Program-made: the position numbers and the translations under genes
Part shown: positions 1 through 8,238 of the stretch, one piece after another
How the letters are laid out: every line of letters starts with the position of its first letter
Position numbering within the stretch: position 1 is the stretch's first letter
The notes under the pieces: model-generated
What the model saw: the letters and a program-made list of their open reading frames with translations, nothing else
The model's database searches: none
What the model was told of the DNA's origin: nothing
Origin: a virus
Taxonomy: Duplodnaviria; Caudoviricetes
Length of the DNA: 41,306 nucleotides
Reading direction: 5' to 3' (one strand)
IMG/VR virus record: IMGVR_UViG_3300037424_000441
Span: 1-41,306 of that record

Positions 1-127
1 TTCACAGGCGAGGGAGGTGAAAGACATGTCTGATTTCAAGTTCAGCGTCAAGCCGATACCGAGTCCCGATAAGACTCTGGTTATCAGGATTCCGGCAGAG
101 ATCGCGGAGGCGGTCGGTTTCGAGGCG
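1..127. repeat. Terminal direct repeat, copy 1 (identical to 41180-41306)
   Basis: TTCACAGGCG...TTTCGAGGCG at 1-127 recurs exactly at the end. It cuts through a gene, and 127 is a common assembler k-mer, so this indicates a circular or complete contig. Confidence 0.95.
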
Positions 128-301
128 ACCCCTCTCGGAGAAAGCGGATTCCAGTACCTCGGCGTGAAGTGTGAAATTACGAGCTACGGGAGTTCGTTCA
201 AGATAACGCAAGAGACGCCTGTTGTTGCGCCGCCGGTCAACGCGACAAACTACTACGATACGGATCCGGCTCTCGCGGGGAAGGCACCGCAAGATTTCTA
301 A
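26..301 (+). CDS. Small protein, possible AbrB/MazE-like DNA-binding domain
   Basis: GGAGGT RBS before ATG 26. TLVIRIPAEIAEAVGF resembles the AbrB/SpoVT swapped-hairpin motif. Confidence 0.5.
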   Translation: MSDFKFSVKPIPSPDKTLVIRIPAEIAEAVGFEATPLGESGFQYLGVKCEITSYGSSFKITQETPVVAPPVNATNYYDTDPALAGKAPQDF

Positions 302-307
302 AACAAA

Positions 308-328
308 CCCCGCTCGTGGGGAGCGGGG
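308..328 (-). terminator. GC-rich hairpin with a U-tract on the minus strand
   Basis: CCCCGCTC-GTGGG-GAGCGGGG preceded by AAACAAA on + (TTTGTTT following on -). Confidence 0.4.
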
Positions 329-366
329 CTGGACCGAACTCGAACGACTGAGACAGGAAGGTAATC

Positions 367-606
367 ATGGGACAGGAAAACGCAAGCGAATACTCGTGCG
401 CCGATTGTGGGCGCCCCATCCGCAATCTCAAGATGGCGTGGATTTGCCAGCGGCTCAACGACGACGGTGTACCGGAGTCGGCATTGATAGACTCCGAGTG
501 TGCGGCAACCATGCACATGCAGGGGTTTGCACTCAGCAAGCCGGACGCCCAGGCCGAGGAAATCATGCTCGAAGAAACGCAGGAGTCCAAATGCCTGAAC
601 TCCTAA
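367..606 (+). CDS. Hypothetical protein with CxxC
   Basis: GGAAGGT RBS; CADC motif; overlaps the start of the next gene. Confidence 0.6.
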   Translation: MGQENASEYSCADCGRPIRNLKMAWICQRLNDDGVPESALIDSECAATMHMQGFALSKPDAQAEEIMLEETQESKCLNS

Positions 607-1574
607 CGCATTCACGACTCTCATGTTTCCGGGCGTGTCCGCGCAAGCACTATCTCCGCTACGAGCGGAAGCTGCGGCCCGTCGAAACATCTGAGGCTCT
701 GCGTGTCGGTTCGGCGTTTCACTACGCGCTCGAATGCGACGCTAAGGGGCTGGACGCTGGAGTAGGAATCGACGAACGGCTGGAGAACGCATACGACCGT
801 GCGATTGTCGCCGCCATGTATTCGGCGCATAAGACCCGCTGGGCCGACTATTCGATTGAGATTGTCGCGACCGAGCAGCCGTTTCGGATCCCGCTTGTCA
901 ATCCCGATACCGGCGCACCTACGCCAATTTGGGATTTGGCGGGAGTGTTGGACAAGATCGTGCGGCTGGCCGATGGACGGCTCGCGCTCATGGAATACAA
1001 GACGACTTCACTGGACTTCACGCCCGGTGCGGATTACTGGACGCGTCTTCATCTTGACCCGCAGCTTTCCATCTACGTCATCGCCGCGCGGAAACTCGGC
1101 CACGATATCCAGACCGTTCTCTATGACGTGACACGCCGTCCATCATTGCGCCCGCTGAAAGCCACACCCGAAGACAAGCGCAAGTACAAAGCCGACGGCA
1201 CGCTTTACGCCAATCAGCGGGCCATTGACGAAACGCCGGAAGAGTTTGCGGCGCGAGTGTCGGCGGCAATTGCCGAGGACCCATCCAAGTATTTCGCGCG
1301 GATCGAAATCGCCCGACTCGATCAAGATTTAGAGGATTGCGCCGGGGAGATATGGCAACAGCAACAGTCGATCCGCGAAGCACAGCGCACTAACCGCTGG
1401 TACAAAAATCCCTCGTCGTGTTTCGACTTCGGACGGTCGTGTGAGTACCTGCCGATTTGCTCTGGCTGTGGATTGAACGGCGGGATACCGCCAGGATTTA
1501 CCCAGGTCGATAACGTACATCCCGAATTGAATCGGGAAGCCCGCGCGGGGCAAGCCGCGCAAGTTCAGGAGTAA
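591..1574 (+). CDS. PD-(D/E)XK exonuclease, Cas4/RecB/AddB-like, with Fe-S cysteines
   Basis: AGGAG RBS and ATG 591. Motifs THSRLSCFRACPRK, GSAFH, GVLDKIV, EYKT, QLSIY and C-terminal CxxxxxxCxxxxxC. Next to a Sak4-like ATPase. Confidence 0.88.
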   Translation: MPELLTHSRLSCFRACPRKHYLRYERKLRPVETSEALRVGSAFHYALECDAKGLDAGVGIDERLENAYDRAIVAAMYSAHKTRWADYSIEIVATEQPFRIPLVNPDTGAPTPIWDLAGVLDKIVRLADGRLALMEYKTTSLDFTPGADYWTRLHLDPQLSIYVIAARKLGHDIQTVLYDVTRRPSLRPLKATPEDKRKYKADGTLYANQRAIDETPEEFAARVSAAIAEDPSKYFARIEIARLDQDLEDCAGEIWQQQQSIREAQRTNRWYKNPSSCFDFGRSCEYLPICSGCGLNGGIPPGFTQVDNVHPELNREARAGQAAQVQE

Positions 1575-1578
1575 TTCA

Positions 1579-2436
1579 ATGGCAGCACCAACAATGAAAG
1601 CACCGCCGCCGCCGCCACCACCAAAGACAAACGGAGTGGCGCAGCCTGTGGCGACAGACGGAACACGGAGAGCGTTTAATATCAGTTCCGGCGTTATCGG
1701 GGCTGGCGGAAAACGCATAGTCATATACGCACCTGGTGGCGGCGGGAAGTCAACACTCGCTGGCCTTGCTCCCGATCCTGTATTTCTCGATGTCGAGGAC
1801 GGCGCGAAGTTTATCTCGGTCGATAGGATCGAGGGACCAAACGGGGAGAGGTTGCTTTACACCTTTACCGATGTACGCGAATGTCTGAACTCGCTATTGT
1901 CCTCCCCTAAGAAAACTGTCGTCATCGACAGTGTGACGGTTCTCGAGTCGTGGGCGCTGGCTCATACTCTGGCGACAGTCAAGAATGAACGCGGGAACCT
2001 CGTTGACAATGTTGAGGCCTATGGATTCGGCAAGGGATACCGCCACCTATACGACACGTTCCTCCTGTTTCTGGCTGACTGCGACAATCTGATTCGCGCC
2101 GGGAAGAATGTCATCCTCATTGCCCATGATTGTACGGCCAACGTGCCGAACCCGGCTGGCGAAGACTACATTCGCTACGAGCCGCATCTTCAATCTCCGA
2201 AGTCTGGGCAGTCGTCAATTCGCAATCGCGTCATCCAGTGGGCTGATTATGTGCTGTTCATTGGCTATGACGTAATCACGAAAGACGGCAAAGGGCAGGG
2301 CGGGGGAACGCGGACGATCTTTGCGTCTGAGCTTCCAACGCATATCGCCAAGTCTCGTACACCAATCGACAACCGCCCGTTCAAGAATGCGGCTGACGGG
2401 GAAATCTGGAATGCAATTATGAAGGGTGGCAAATAA
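1579..2436 (+). CDS. Sak4-like / AAA_24 ATPase (single-strand annealing recombinase)
   Basis: Walker A APGGGGKST, FLDVEDG, Walker B VVIDS, GFGKGY, LIAH, AKSR; lies between nuclease and SSB. Confidence 0.88.
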   Translation: MAAPTMKAPPPPPPPKTNGVAQPVATDGTRRAFNISSGVIGAGGKRIVIYAPGGGGKSTLAGLAPDPVFLDVEDGAKFISVDRIEGPNGERLLYTFTDVRECLNSLLSSPKKTVVIDSVTVLESWALAHTLATVKNERGNLVDNVEAYGFGKGYRHLYDTFLLFLADCDNLIRAGKNVILIAHDCTANVPNPAGEDYIRYEPHLQSPKSGQSSIRNRVIQWADYVLFIGYDVITKDGKGQGGGTRTIFASELPTHIAKSRTPIDNRPFKNAADGEIWNAIMKGGK

Positions 2437-2915
2437 TGGAAGGCATGGAAAACCAGCCGTTGAAGCGTGAGGGCATATTCAAGGTCAAGCCGCTCTCGTG
2501 GAGCGTTCGCACTAAGGAAGGCAGTCAGTCCGTTGGTGTTTCTATCGAATTTCTCGTGCAGGCACAACTGGACGGGGCTGAGTGGGTGAGCTGGTCCGAA
2601 GCTGCGCCGCACGTCGTACGTGGAACCTACTACATCGTCGGGAAAGAGGGTGCTGTCAATCAAACGGCAGTTGACCAGCTTGTGAAGTCGCTCAAGTGGA
2701 ATGGCAGTCTCGACACGTTCATGGACCTACCGCCCGACATCGAGGTCCAGGTAACGGTAAAGTCCGAGATATACAACGGTGAGGAAATCTACAAGGCTGG
2801 CTGGATGAATCCGGGCGACTTTGTACCGAGCTTTGGTGCATCGCCCGAAAAGGTGAAGGATCTGAACAACCGTTACGGTTCGCTGTTGCGTGCGGCTGTC
2901 GGGGCGGCGAAATGA
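2436..2915 (+). CDS. Putative ssDNA-binding protein (DUF669-like)
   Basis: Beta-rich, TAATG-coupled directly after the Sak4-like gene, which is the usual Sak4-SSB synteny. Confidence 0.6.
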   Translation: MEGMENQPLKREGIFKVKPLSWSVRTKEGSQSVGVSIEFLVQAQLDGAEWVSWSEAAPHVVRGTYYIVGKEGAVNQTAVDQLVKSLKWNGSLDTFMDLPPDIEVQVTVKSEIYNGEEIYKAGWMNPGDFVPSFGASPEKVKDLNNRYGSLLRAAVGAAK

Positions 2916-3229
2916 CCCCCAACCCCGTCCTGCTCGACGAGAAGATGATCGAGGCGGTGAAAGACGCGTTGCGCGACTGGAAAGACGACGCAGTTGACTC
3001 ACACTCGATGTCTGAAACGATGTGTCGTCTCCGCACCGCCTTTTCCGCCGTCCTCGATCCGCCGAAGGTGGAGACGGAGACGTGTCTTGATGATTCAGAA
3101 ACGGCGCGGCTCTTAACGACATGGGGCGAGCACCCGAACAACACAGAACTGTTTACGCTTCTGCATTCAACCTTGGTGCAGATTCAGGGAATCGCCGCCC
3201 GCCTGGCGCGGCTGGAAGGGAAGGCATGA
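2912..3229 (+). CDS. Hypothetical protein
   Basis: ATGA-coupled on both sides. Confidence 0.65.
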   Translation: MTPNPVLLDEKMIEAVKDALRDWKDDAVDSHSMSETMCRLRTAFSAVLDPPKVETETCLDDSETARLLTTWGEHPNNTELFTLLHSTLVQIQGIAARLARLEGKA

Positions 3230-3450
3230 ACAGTCAGCGTAAACCGAAGCGCCTGTTCTTCCTCTACGACAGTCGTGCTTGCGGCGGGGGCAATCCAGAC
3301 GACGCGGCTGTTCTCGTTGCTTGCGAATCAAATTGGGAAGCGAAGTCTTACAAGGGCACCTATGGTCCGATGGCCTGCTTTTCGTATCGGGAAAATCCAG
3401 GCGGAACAGCCGATGACGAGCGGCACGAGTGGGATTATTGGGGAGCCTAA
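3226..3450 (+). CDS. Hypothetical protein (74 aa)
   Basis: ATGA overlap, GGAAGG RBS. Confidence 0.6.
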   Translation: MNSQRKPKRLFFLYDSRACGGGNPDDAAVLVACESNWEAKSYKGTYGPMACFSYRENPGGTADDERHEWDYWGA

Positions 3451-3462
3451 CGCGCGTAAGTG

Positions 3463-3618
3463 GCGGCGGTCGGCGTGGATAGGGTACGCACAAGCGAGTC
3501 ATTTGCTGGGGCGATAGCGTTTACGGTGAGCGAAAGCATGGAGCGCGTCGATCCACCAGGGCTGAAGGGCCTGAAAAATGAACGCAAAACCGGGGCCGTT
3601 CGAGTCGGCACCGCCGCA
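3463..3618 (+). ncRNA. tRNA-like structured RNA with a ~105-nt insert replacing the anticodon and variable arms
   Basis: Acceptor GCGGCGGT/ACCGCCGC-A, D-like arm GCGT-GGATAGGGT-ACGC, T arm GCCG-TTCGAGT-CGGC; fills an intergenic gap. Confidence 0.6.
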
Positions 3619-3639
3619 ACTCTAAACGGAAAGTGAGAG

Positions 3640-3807
3640 ATGATGAGTCTATTTAGCGCATTGGTCGGAGTCGTCATTGAGAGCGTCAAGCTACCAATCT
3701 CGATAGCCAAGGATGTTTTTATGGTTGTGCCGACCGGCGGCGATACCCACGAAACAGAGAAGAACCTTGAGCGCATCAAGAAAGAGGCGGAGAAGGCTAA
3801 TGGCTGA
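3640..3807 (+). CDS. Small hypothetical protein (55 aa)
   Basis: My translation MMSLFSALVGVVIESVKLPISIAKDVF...EKANG*; overlaps the next start. Confidence 0.6.
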   Translation: MMSLFSALVGVVIESVKLPISIAKDVFMVVPTGGDTHETEKNLERIKKEAEKANG

Positions 3808-4072
3808 CATGACCCCCATCGAAACGCTTGTCGCGGCGGCACGGGCGGTTATTGATACTCACGGCGATATTCACGATGAACTTGAGGCCGCACTAAAAGT
3901 CTACGACGCCGACGCCAAGGCGCAGGACAGCCCCCGTAACGCGCTAATCGTTGAGGCGCACGTGTCCGACTTTGCGCGGGCCGTTCTCGGATACGTGCGA
4001 GACGTTGAGCGCGAGCTACAGGAGCGAATTGCCACACTGGAAATCCAAGTGCATGAAGGGGTGAAACCATGA
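3800..4072 (+). CDS. Hypothetical coiled-coil protein
   Basis: GGAGAAGG RBS, ATG 3800, coupled to the next gene. Confidence 0.6.
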   Translation: MADMTPIETLVAAARAVIDTHGDIHDELEAALKVYDADAKAQDSPRNALIVEAHVSDFARAVLGYVRDVERELQERIATLEIQVHEGVKP

Positions 4073-4413
4073 CCGCAATGACCGACCCACGGATAATCCC
4101 ACTCCTCGATCCAACGCCGACGGATGAGGAGATGCAGGCTGAGGGCCAATTGATGAAGTTGCTTGGCTATCGGGACGTTTGGCTTCTGAGTGGTTCACCG
4201 TCACCGGCGTTGCTGGATCGTGTCAAGTTGCGAGCCGAGTATGGTCGTGTCCGCATTGCGCGTGAGACGATTGAGTGGTGCGCTGGCGAGATGCAGGCGT
4301 ATGCGTCGACGCGAGACAAAGACGCCCGGCTGAGTATCCTGAGCGCGGCACACGGTTTTCTGTCTCGGATCACGGATCACGACGCGGCCCTTGCCGAGAG
4401 GACAAAGCCATGA
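4069..4413 (+). CDS. Hypothetical protein
   Basis: ATGA-coupled early gene. Confidence 0.6.
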   Translation: MTAMTDPRIIPLLDPTPTDEEMQAEGQLMKLLGYRDVWLLSGSPSPALLDRVKLRAEYGRVRIARETIEWCAGEMQAYASTRDKDARLSILSAAHGFLSRITDHDAALAERTKP

Positions 4414-4859
4414 CGCGAATTGCGACGGATGAGGAGATTGCTGAGTACCGTCGGCGGCTTCAACATGGAGACCGGTACTATACGCATAATGTATGTGGCC
4501 CTGAGTCAACCTTGCGCATCCTCGCCCGACTCGATGCCGCCGAAGCCGAGAACGCGCGGCTCCGGGCGATTTTGGACGCCGGGGCGACGGATGCGGAAGA
4601 GGTTGCCTTTGAAGTTGGCGAGCGCATCGAGGAGGCTATTTATCAGACGCGTCAGGGGTGGAGGTCTGATAATAGTGGAACTATCGCGGGGCGATTGATC
4701 GCCGCCCACACCTCCGCCAAACTTGAGCCGTGGGTGGAGTGTGTGAGGCGGCACCAATTCCCATCCGGATTCTGTTTTGTTTGCGGGCATAGAAAGGGCC
4801 AATGTGCGGATGAGTGTGACGCCCGCGCCCTTCTCGCGGCGCACAAGGAGAGTGTATGA
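4410..4859 (+). CDS. Hypothetical protein (coiled coil plus C-terminal Cys/His cluster)
   Basis: GAGG RBS, ATGA overlap; AEAENARLR; CFVCGHRKGQC. Confidence 0.6.
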   Translation: MTRIATDEEIAEYRRRLQHGDRYYTHNVCGPESTLRILARLDAAEAENARLRAILDAGATDAEEVAFEVGERIEEAIYQTRQGWRSDNSGTIAGRLIAAHTSAKLEPWVECVRRHQFPSGFCFVCGHRKGQCADECDARALLAAHKESV

Positions 4860-5206
4860 CCACCACACAACTGCTGGCCCTGCTGGACGAGTTGAAGGCG
4901 AAACGGGAGAAGGCGACGCCGGGTGAGTGGACGCTTTGCCGGGACAAGGAAGGTGAGGCCGAGGCGGTCGATGGGGGAGAGCTTACGGGTTGCGATTACG
5001 ACGACGAGCCGTATAGCACGATCTGTCGTCTCCCTGTTGAAAAATATGGACGCGGGGCGGCGTGGGCCTCAGAGGGCAACGGCTTGTACATCGCCGCGCA
5101 TTCCCCCGCCGCCATGTCCCGTCTCGATGGGCTTGTGCGCGCCGCCCTATCGGAGCTACTGGAATTGCGAGAGCGTGTTCGGGATAACCAAGGGATTGTG
5201 TCTTGA
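4856..5206 (+). CDS. Ead/Ea22-like hypothetical protein
   Basis: LKAKREKATPGEW...YIAAHSP pattern typical of lambdoid Ea22/Ead-like proteins. Confidence 0.55.
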   Translation: MTTTQLLALLDELKAKREKATPGEWTLCRDKEGEAEAVDGGELTGCDYDDEPYSTICRLPVEKYGRGAAWASEGNGLYIAAHSPAAMSRLDGLVRAALSELLELRERVRDNQGIVS

Positions 5207-5231
5207 CTCTCATAGGTAAAGCGGGTACATT
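5203..5231 (+). promoter_or_regulatory. Sigma70-type promoter upstream of the HNH gene
   Basis: TTGACT-N17-TACATT. Confidence 0.6.
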
Positions 5232-5358
5232 GATCGGCGTACAGGCATCCAGCAGATTCCCGTACAGCGACAACGTAAGAGGATTCCCGACTCGCTCTGT
5301 CCAGCAATCTTGCTGGATGCCGCTGGGCATCGAGGGAGGAGTCCTCGTTGGAGCAGAT

Positions 5359-5922
5359 ATGCAATTATCCGAAAAGGACGTGGCGCGGTTCTGGTCGAAG
5401 GTTGACAAGAACGGGCCGAGTGGGTGTTGGGTGTGGCGTGGCGGGAAGGCCGGAATTGGATATGGGGTTTTTTCTTTTAGGTGCAGGAACACTCGTGCCA
5501 CATTGGTATCTTGGGTGATACACCACTCCGTGCCCCCGGAGAACAAAAACATTCTACATAAGTGCGACAATCCATCGTGTGTTAATCCGTCGCATCTCTT
5601 TCTTGGAAGTCAACGCGACAATTCGATTGATTGCAATATCAAGGGCAGGTCATTCGTGGGCGGCAAGAAAACGAGGTGTAAGATCAGCCCGACTGATGCG
5701 ATAACAATAGCACGTCTACCGAGTAGTGTAACCTGCGTGGATATAGGAAAGATGTTTGGAATTAGTGCGCGTATCGTCGGCGATATTAGGTGTGGGTATA
5801 CGTGGTCTGATGTGACTGGAATCCCTAAGAGGCTAACCACATCAAAACGGAAGCGTCAAGAAAGTAACGCACTGAGGAATGCGGAGTGGGTCATCCGCAG
5901 GGAGCGAACTAATGCCGACTAA
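5359..5922 (+). CDS. HNH homing endonuclease (HNH_3 type with C-terminal HTH)
   Basis: RFWSKVDK..GCWVW, GYG, ILHKCDNPSCVNPSHLFLGSQRDN; GGAG RBS. Confidence 0.92.
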   Translation: MQLSEKDVARFWSKVDKNGPSGCWVWRGGKAGIGYGVFSFRCRNTRATLVSWVIHHSVPPENKNILHKCDNPSCVNPSHLFLGSQRDNSIDCNIKGRSFVGGKKTRCKISPTDAITIARLPSSVTCVDIGKMFGISARIVGDIRCGYTWSDVTGIPKRLTTSKRKRQESNALRNAEWVIRRERTNAD

Positions 5923-6256
5923 CCCAACCACGGAACAGGCGGCGCGGGAGTTTCGCAAGGCGCACGGCATTGAATGGGGCCTTGAGCATGCGATGGATAC
6001 GATGGAGCAGGCAGAGGCCGCATACGATAACGATCTCGCCGCCCTCCTCGCCGAGCGCGATGTGATGGCGAAGATTGAGGCGGCAAAGATGATGTGCCGT
6101 AAATGTCGTGATGGTGATGTGCCAGAATCAGACGGTTGGCATTGGGTGACGGTGGCCCCAGGGTGTCGTCAGGGGGAAATGTTCTGTGCGGCATGGCCGA
6201 TCATTCGCGACCAACTCACCGCGCTCCGGGCGCAGGCAGGGGAGAGTGGGGAGTGA
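5912..6256 (+). CDS. Hypothetical protein
   Basis: GGGAG RBS, ATG 5912; CxxC. Confidence 0.6.
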   Translation: MPTNPTTEQAAREFRKAHGIEWGLEHAMDTMEQAEAAYDNDLAALLAERDVMAKIEAAKMMCRKCRDGDVPESDGWHWVTVAPGCRQGEMFCAAWPIIRDQLTALRAQAGESGE

Positions 6257-6643
6257 ATGCCTGAGGGTGTTGTGATAAATGGGTGGATGGCGACGAAGAT
6301 GCTGGCGACACATCACGACTTCATTCATCGCATGAGAAAAATCAAGTGGTGGCCTATACCCTACCCTGAAATCGTCGAATCCTCTCCGCATGTCTATGAG
6401 GATCAGTGTCTTTACTTCTATCGACACCACCCCGACCGGATTGGTTTTTGGGCCACGGCGCAACACGTCGATCAACTCCCGGCCGAGCCGTACTTATCAA
6501 TTCTGTTGCTACCGCATATCGAATTTGAGCAAGTGGCGCGTCTCCGCGAAGACGAAGCGTACCGAAGGGGTGCGTCAGACTTCTTCTCGGAAATGGTAGC
6601 CGATGCGATTGGTATGCCACAGACGAAAGACGCCACCTCATGA
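6257..6643 (+). CDS. Hypothetical protein
   Basis: GGGGAG RBS, abuts the previous stop. Confidence 0.55.
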   Translation: MPEGVVINGWMATKMLATHHDFIHRMRKIKWWPIPYPEIVESSPHVYEDQCLYFYRHHPDRIGFWATAQHVDQLPAEPYLSILLLPHIEFEQVARLREDEAYRRGASDFFSEMVADAIGMPQTKDATS

Positions 6644-6691
6644 CCCGCGCATCCGACACGACGGGCCGCAAGGAAACGAATAGGGGAGTGA

Positions 6692-7156
6692 ATGGCTAAG
6701 GCAATGCACATGGAGACAACTAAGGTCGAAGCGAGCAAAACGGCCTCAGAGATACAGGCACTGCTTGGCCAGTTCGGTTGCTCGGCTGTGATGATCGACT
6801 ACGACGAGCACAAGTATCCCTGTGCAATGGCCTTCACTGTGACCGTACTGAAAGCGCAGAGCGTTTCGTTTCGACTACCGATCAACGTTGATCCGATCTT
6901 TAACATCTTTCAGAAGCGGCGCTCGTCGTGGGATCGAAGCAACTGCGCCACGAAGGATCGCGAACAGGCCCGCCGGGTTGCATGGCGTCAGGTTCTGAGA
7001 TGGATACAAGCACAATTAGCCATGATCGAAGTGGGCATGGTGCGGACCGAAGAAGTGTTCCTGCCCTACTGGGTAAATCCCAATACGGGCCAGTCGCTGT
7101 TTCAGTGCGTACTCGACAGCGGATTCAAGCAACCGCAGTTGGAGGATAGGACGTGA
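6692..7156 (+). CDS. Conserved-looking phage hypothetical protein
   Basis: TTKVEASKTASEIQALL...QARRVAWRQVLRWIQAQL...EEVFLPY resembles a common phage family of unknown function; RBS GGGGAG. Confidence 0.75.
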   Translation: MAKAMHMETTKVEASKTASEIQALLGQFGCSAVMIDYDEHKYPCAMAFTVTVLKAQSVSFRLPINVDPIFNIFQKRRSSWDRSNCATKDREQARRVAWRQVLRWIQAQLAMIEVGMVRTEEVFLPYWVNPNTGQSLFQCVLDSGFKQPQLEDRT

Positions 7157-7209
7157 TCGACTACCGCGAATATCCGGCCAACTGGCCGGCGGAGGCGAAA
7201 AATGAATGA
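7153..7209 (+). pseudogene. 18-codon remnant (VIDYREYPANW...)
   Basis: GGAGG RBS and GTGA overlap. Resembles the 'DY..YP.NW' N-terminus of common phage Zn/HNH proteins, but is truncated. Confidence 0.4.
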
Positions 7210-7462
7210 CTCATGGCTGAAAAATGCGCCAATGTCTGAGCTACGGGAACACGCCATCCGCGCCAAGTGGATGCATTTAGAGTACGCGTCGATGGCGCGG
7301 GCAATCGACGAAGGTGGCCTGGTCGTTGACTATGCCCATTGTGTAACGGTCATGGAATCCGAAGAGCGAGACTACGATGCGATGCTGGCGGAAATCCGCG
7401 AGCGGGAACGGCAGGGGCAGGAAGTAATGCAGTTGGAGCCCGGGGAGACGTGCATTGCGTAG
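7202..7462 (+). CDS. Hypothetical protein
   Basis: GGAGG RBS. Confidence 0.6.
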   Translation: MNDSWLKNAPMSELREHAIRAKWMHLEYASMARAIDEGGLVVDYAHCVTVMESEERDYDAMLAEIRERERQGQEVMQLEPGETCIA

Positions 7463-7529
7463 AGCAACCGATACAATCTACGACTTCCCGGTCCATAAAG
7501 GGAAGCGTCAATGCACAACGGGAGCGGTC

Positions 7530-8045
7530 ATGAAACAGCCGGCGATCTTCTCGCTTAACGAGATCGTCGACGTTCCCTTGTTCGGCCGATTTCCGAAAGG
7601 GTTCATGGCGGTCGCGACGAAGTACCTCGATACCCCCGCCGAGGACATTCTGCACGTCTGCTCGGGGTACGTCCGGACCGGGATCACTGTCGACATTCGC
7701 GCCGGCGTGAAGCCACGGGTTGTGGCCGACTGCAAAGCACTCCCGTTTTGCGACGATGCATTCGACGCGGCGTTCGCGGATCCTCCATACACGCCAGCAT
7801 GGGCGCGCCAGTACGGCACTGGATATCCCCCGACGACCATCGTATTGCGCGAGCTCTGCCGCGTCACCCGGCCGGGACGGAAGTTTGGAATGATTCACTT
7901 GCTCGTATGCCCACCTCCGAAGAATTCGATCTTGGTCAAAGTCATTGGGGTGACTGTCGGTCTCGGCTATCAAATCCGTGCGCTGACGATCTATCAGAAA
8001 AAAGGTGGGCCAGTTCCGATGTTCGAAGAAAACACATCACCATAG
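7530..8045 (+). CDS. Small orphan DNA amino-methyltransferase (probably N6-adenine)
   Basis: ILHVCSG (motif I-like), VDIR, ADCKALPF, FADPPY catalytic motif; the start could be 7455. Confidence 0.8.
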   Translation: MKQPAIFSLNEIVDVPLFGRFPKGFMAVATKYLDTPAEDILHVCSGYVRTGITVDIRAGVKPRVVADCKALPFCDDAFDAAFADPPYTPAWARQYGTGYPPTTIVLRELCRVTRPGRKFGMIHLLVCPPPKNSILVKVIGVTVGLGYQIRALTIYQKKGGPVPMFEENTSP

Positions 8046-8238
8046 AATTCAGCAGCGGGGCGCCGATGGGATCGGGGCAGTACATCATGTACTAACAGCA
8101 TCGAGGGCATACGACTACATCACGCAGGTGCAGGGATCGGCTGAGAGGGTCAGACTCTCAGAGACAACTGAATAACCTAAGAAGCGGCAAGCCTCAGACT
8201 GGGCCGCGTTTTGGCGTTGGGGTGGGGAGATAGAGCGA

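Noticed and set aside
222-590. N-terminal extension of the 450-aa ORF
   Set aside because: It overlaps two better ORFs. The RBS and family motifs start at ATG 591.
591-1574. Cas4-like nuclease as part of a CRISPR-Cas system
   Set aside because: No cas1/cas2 and no repeat-spacer array. The context is the nuclease-Sak4-SSB recombination module.
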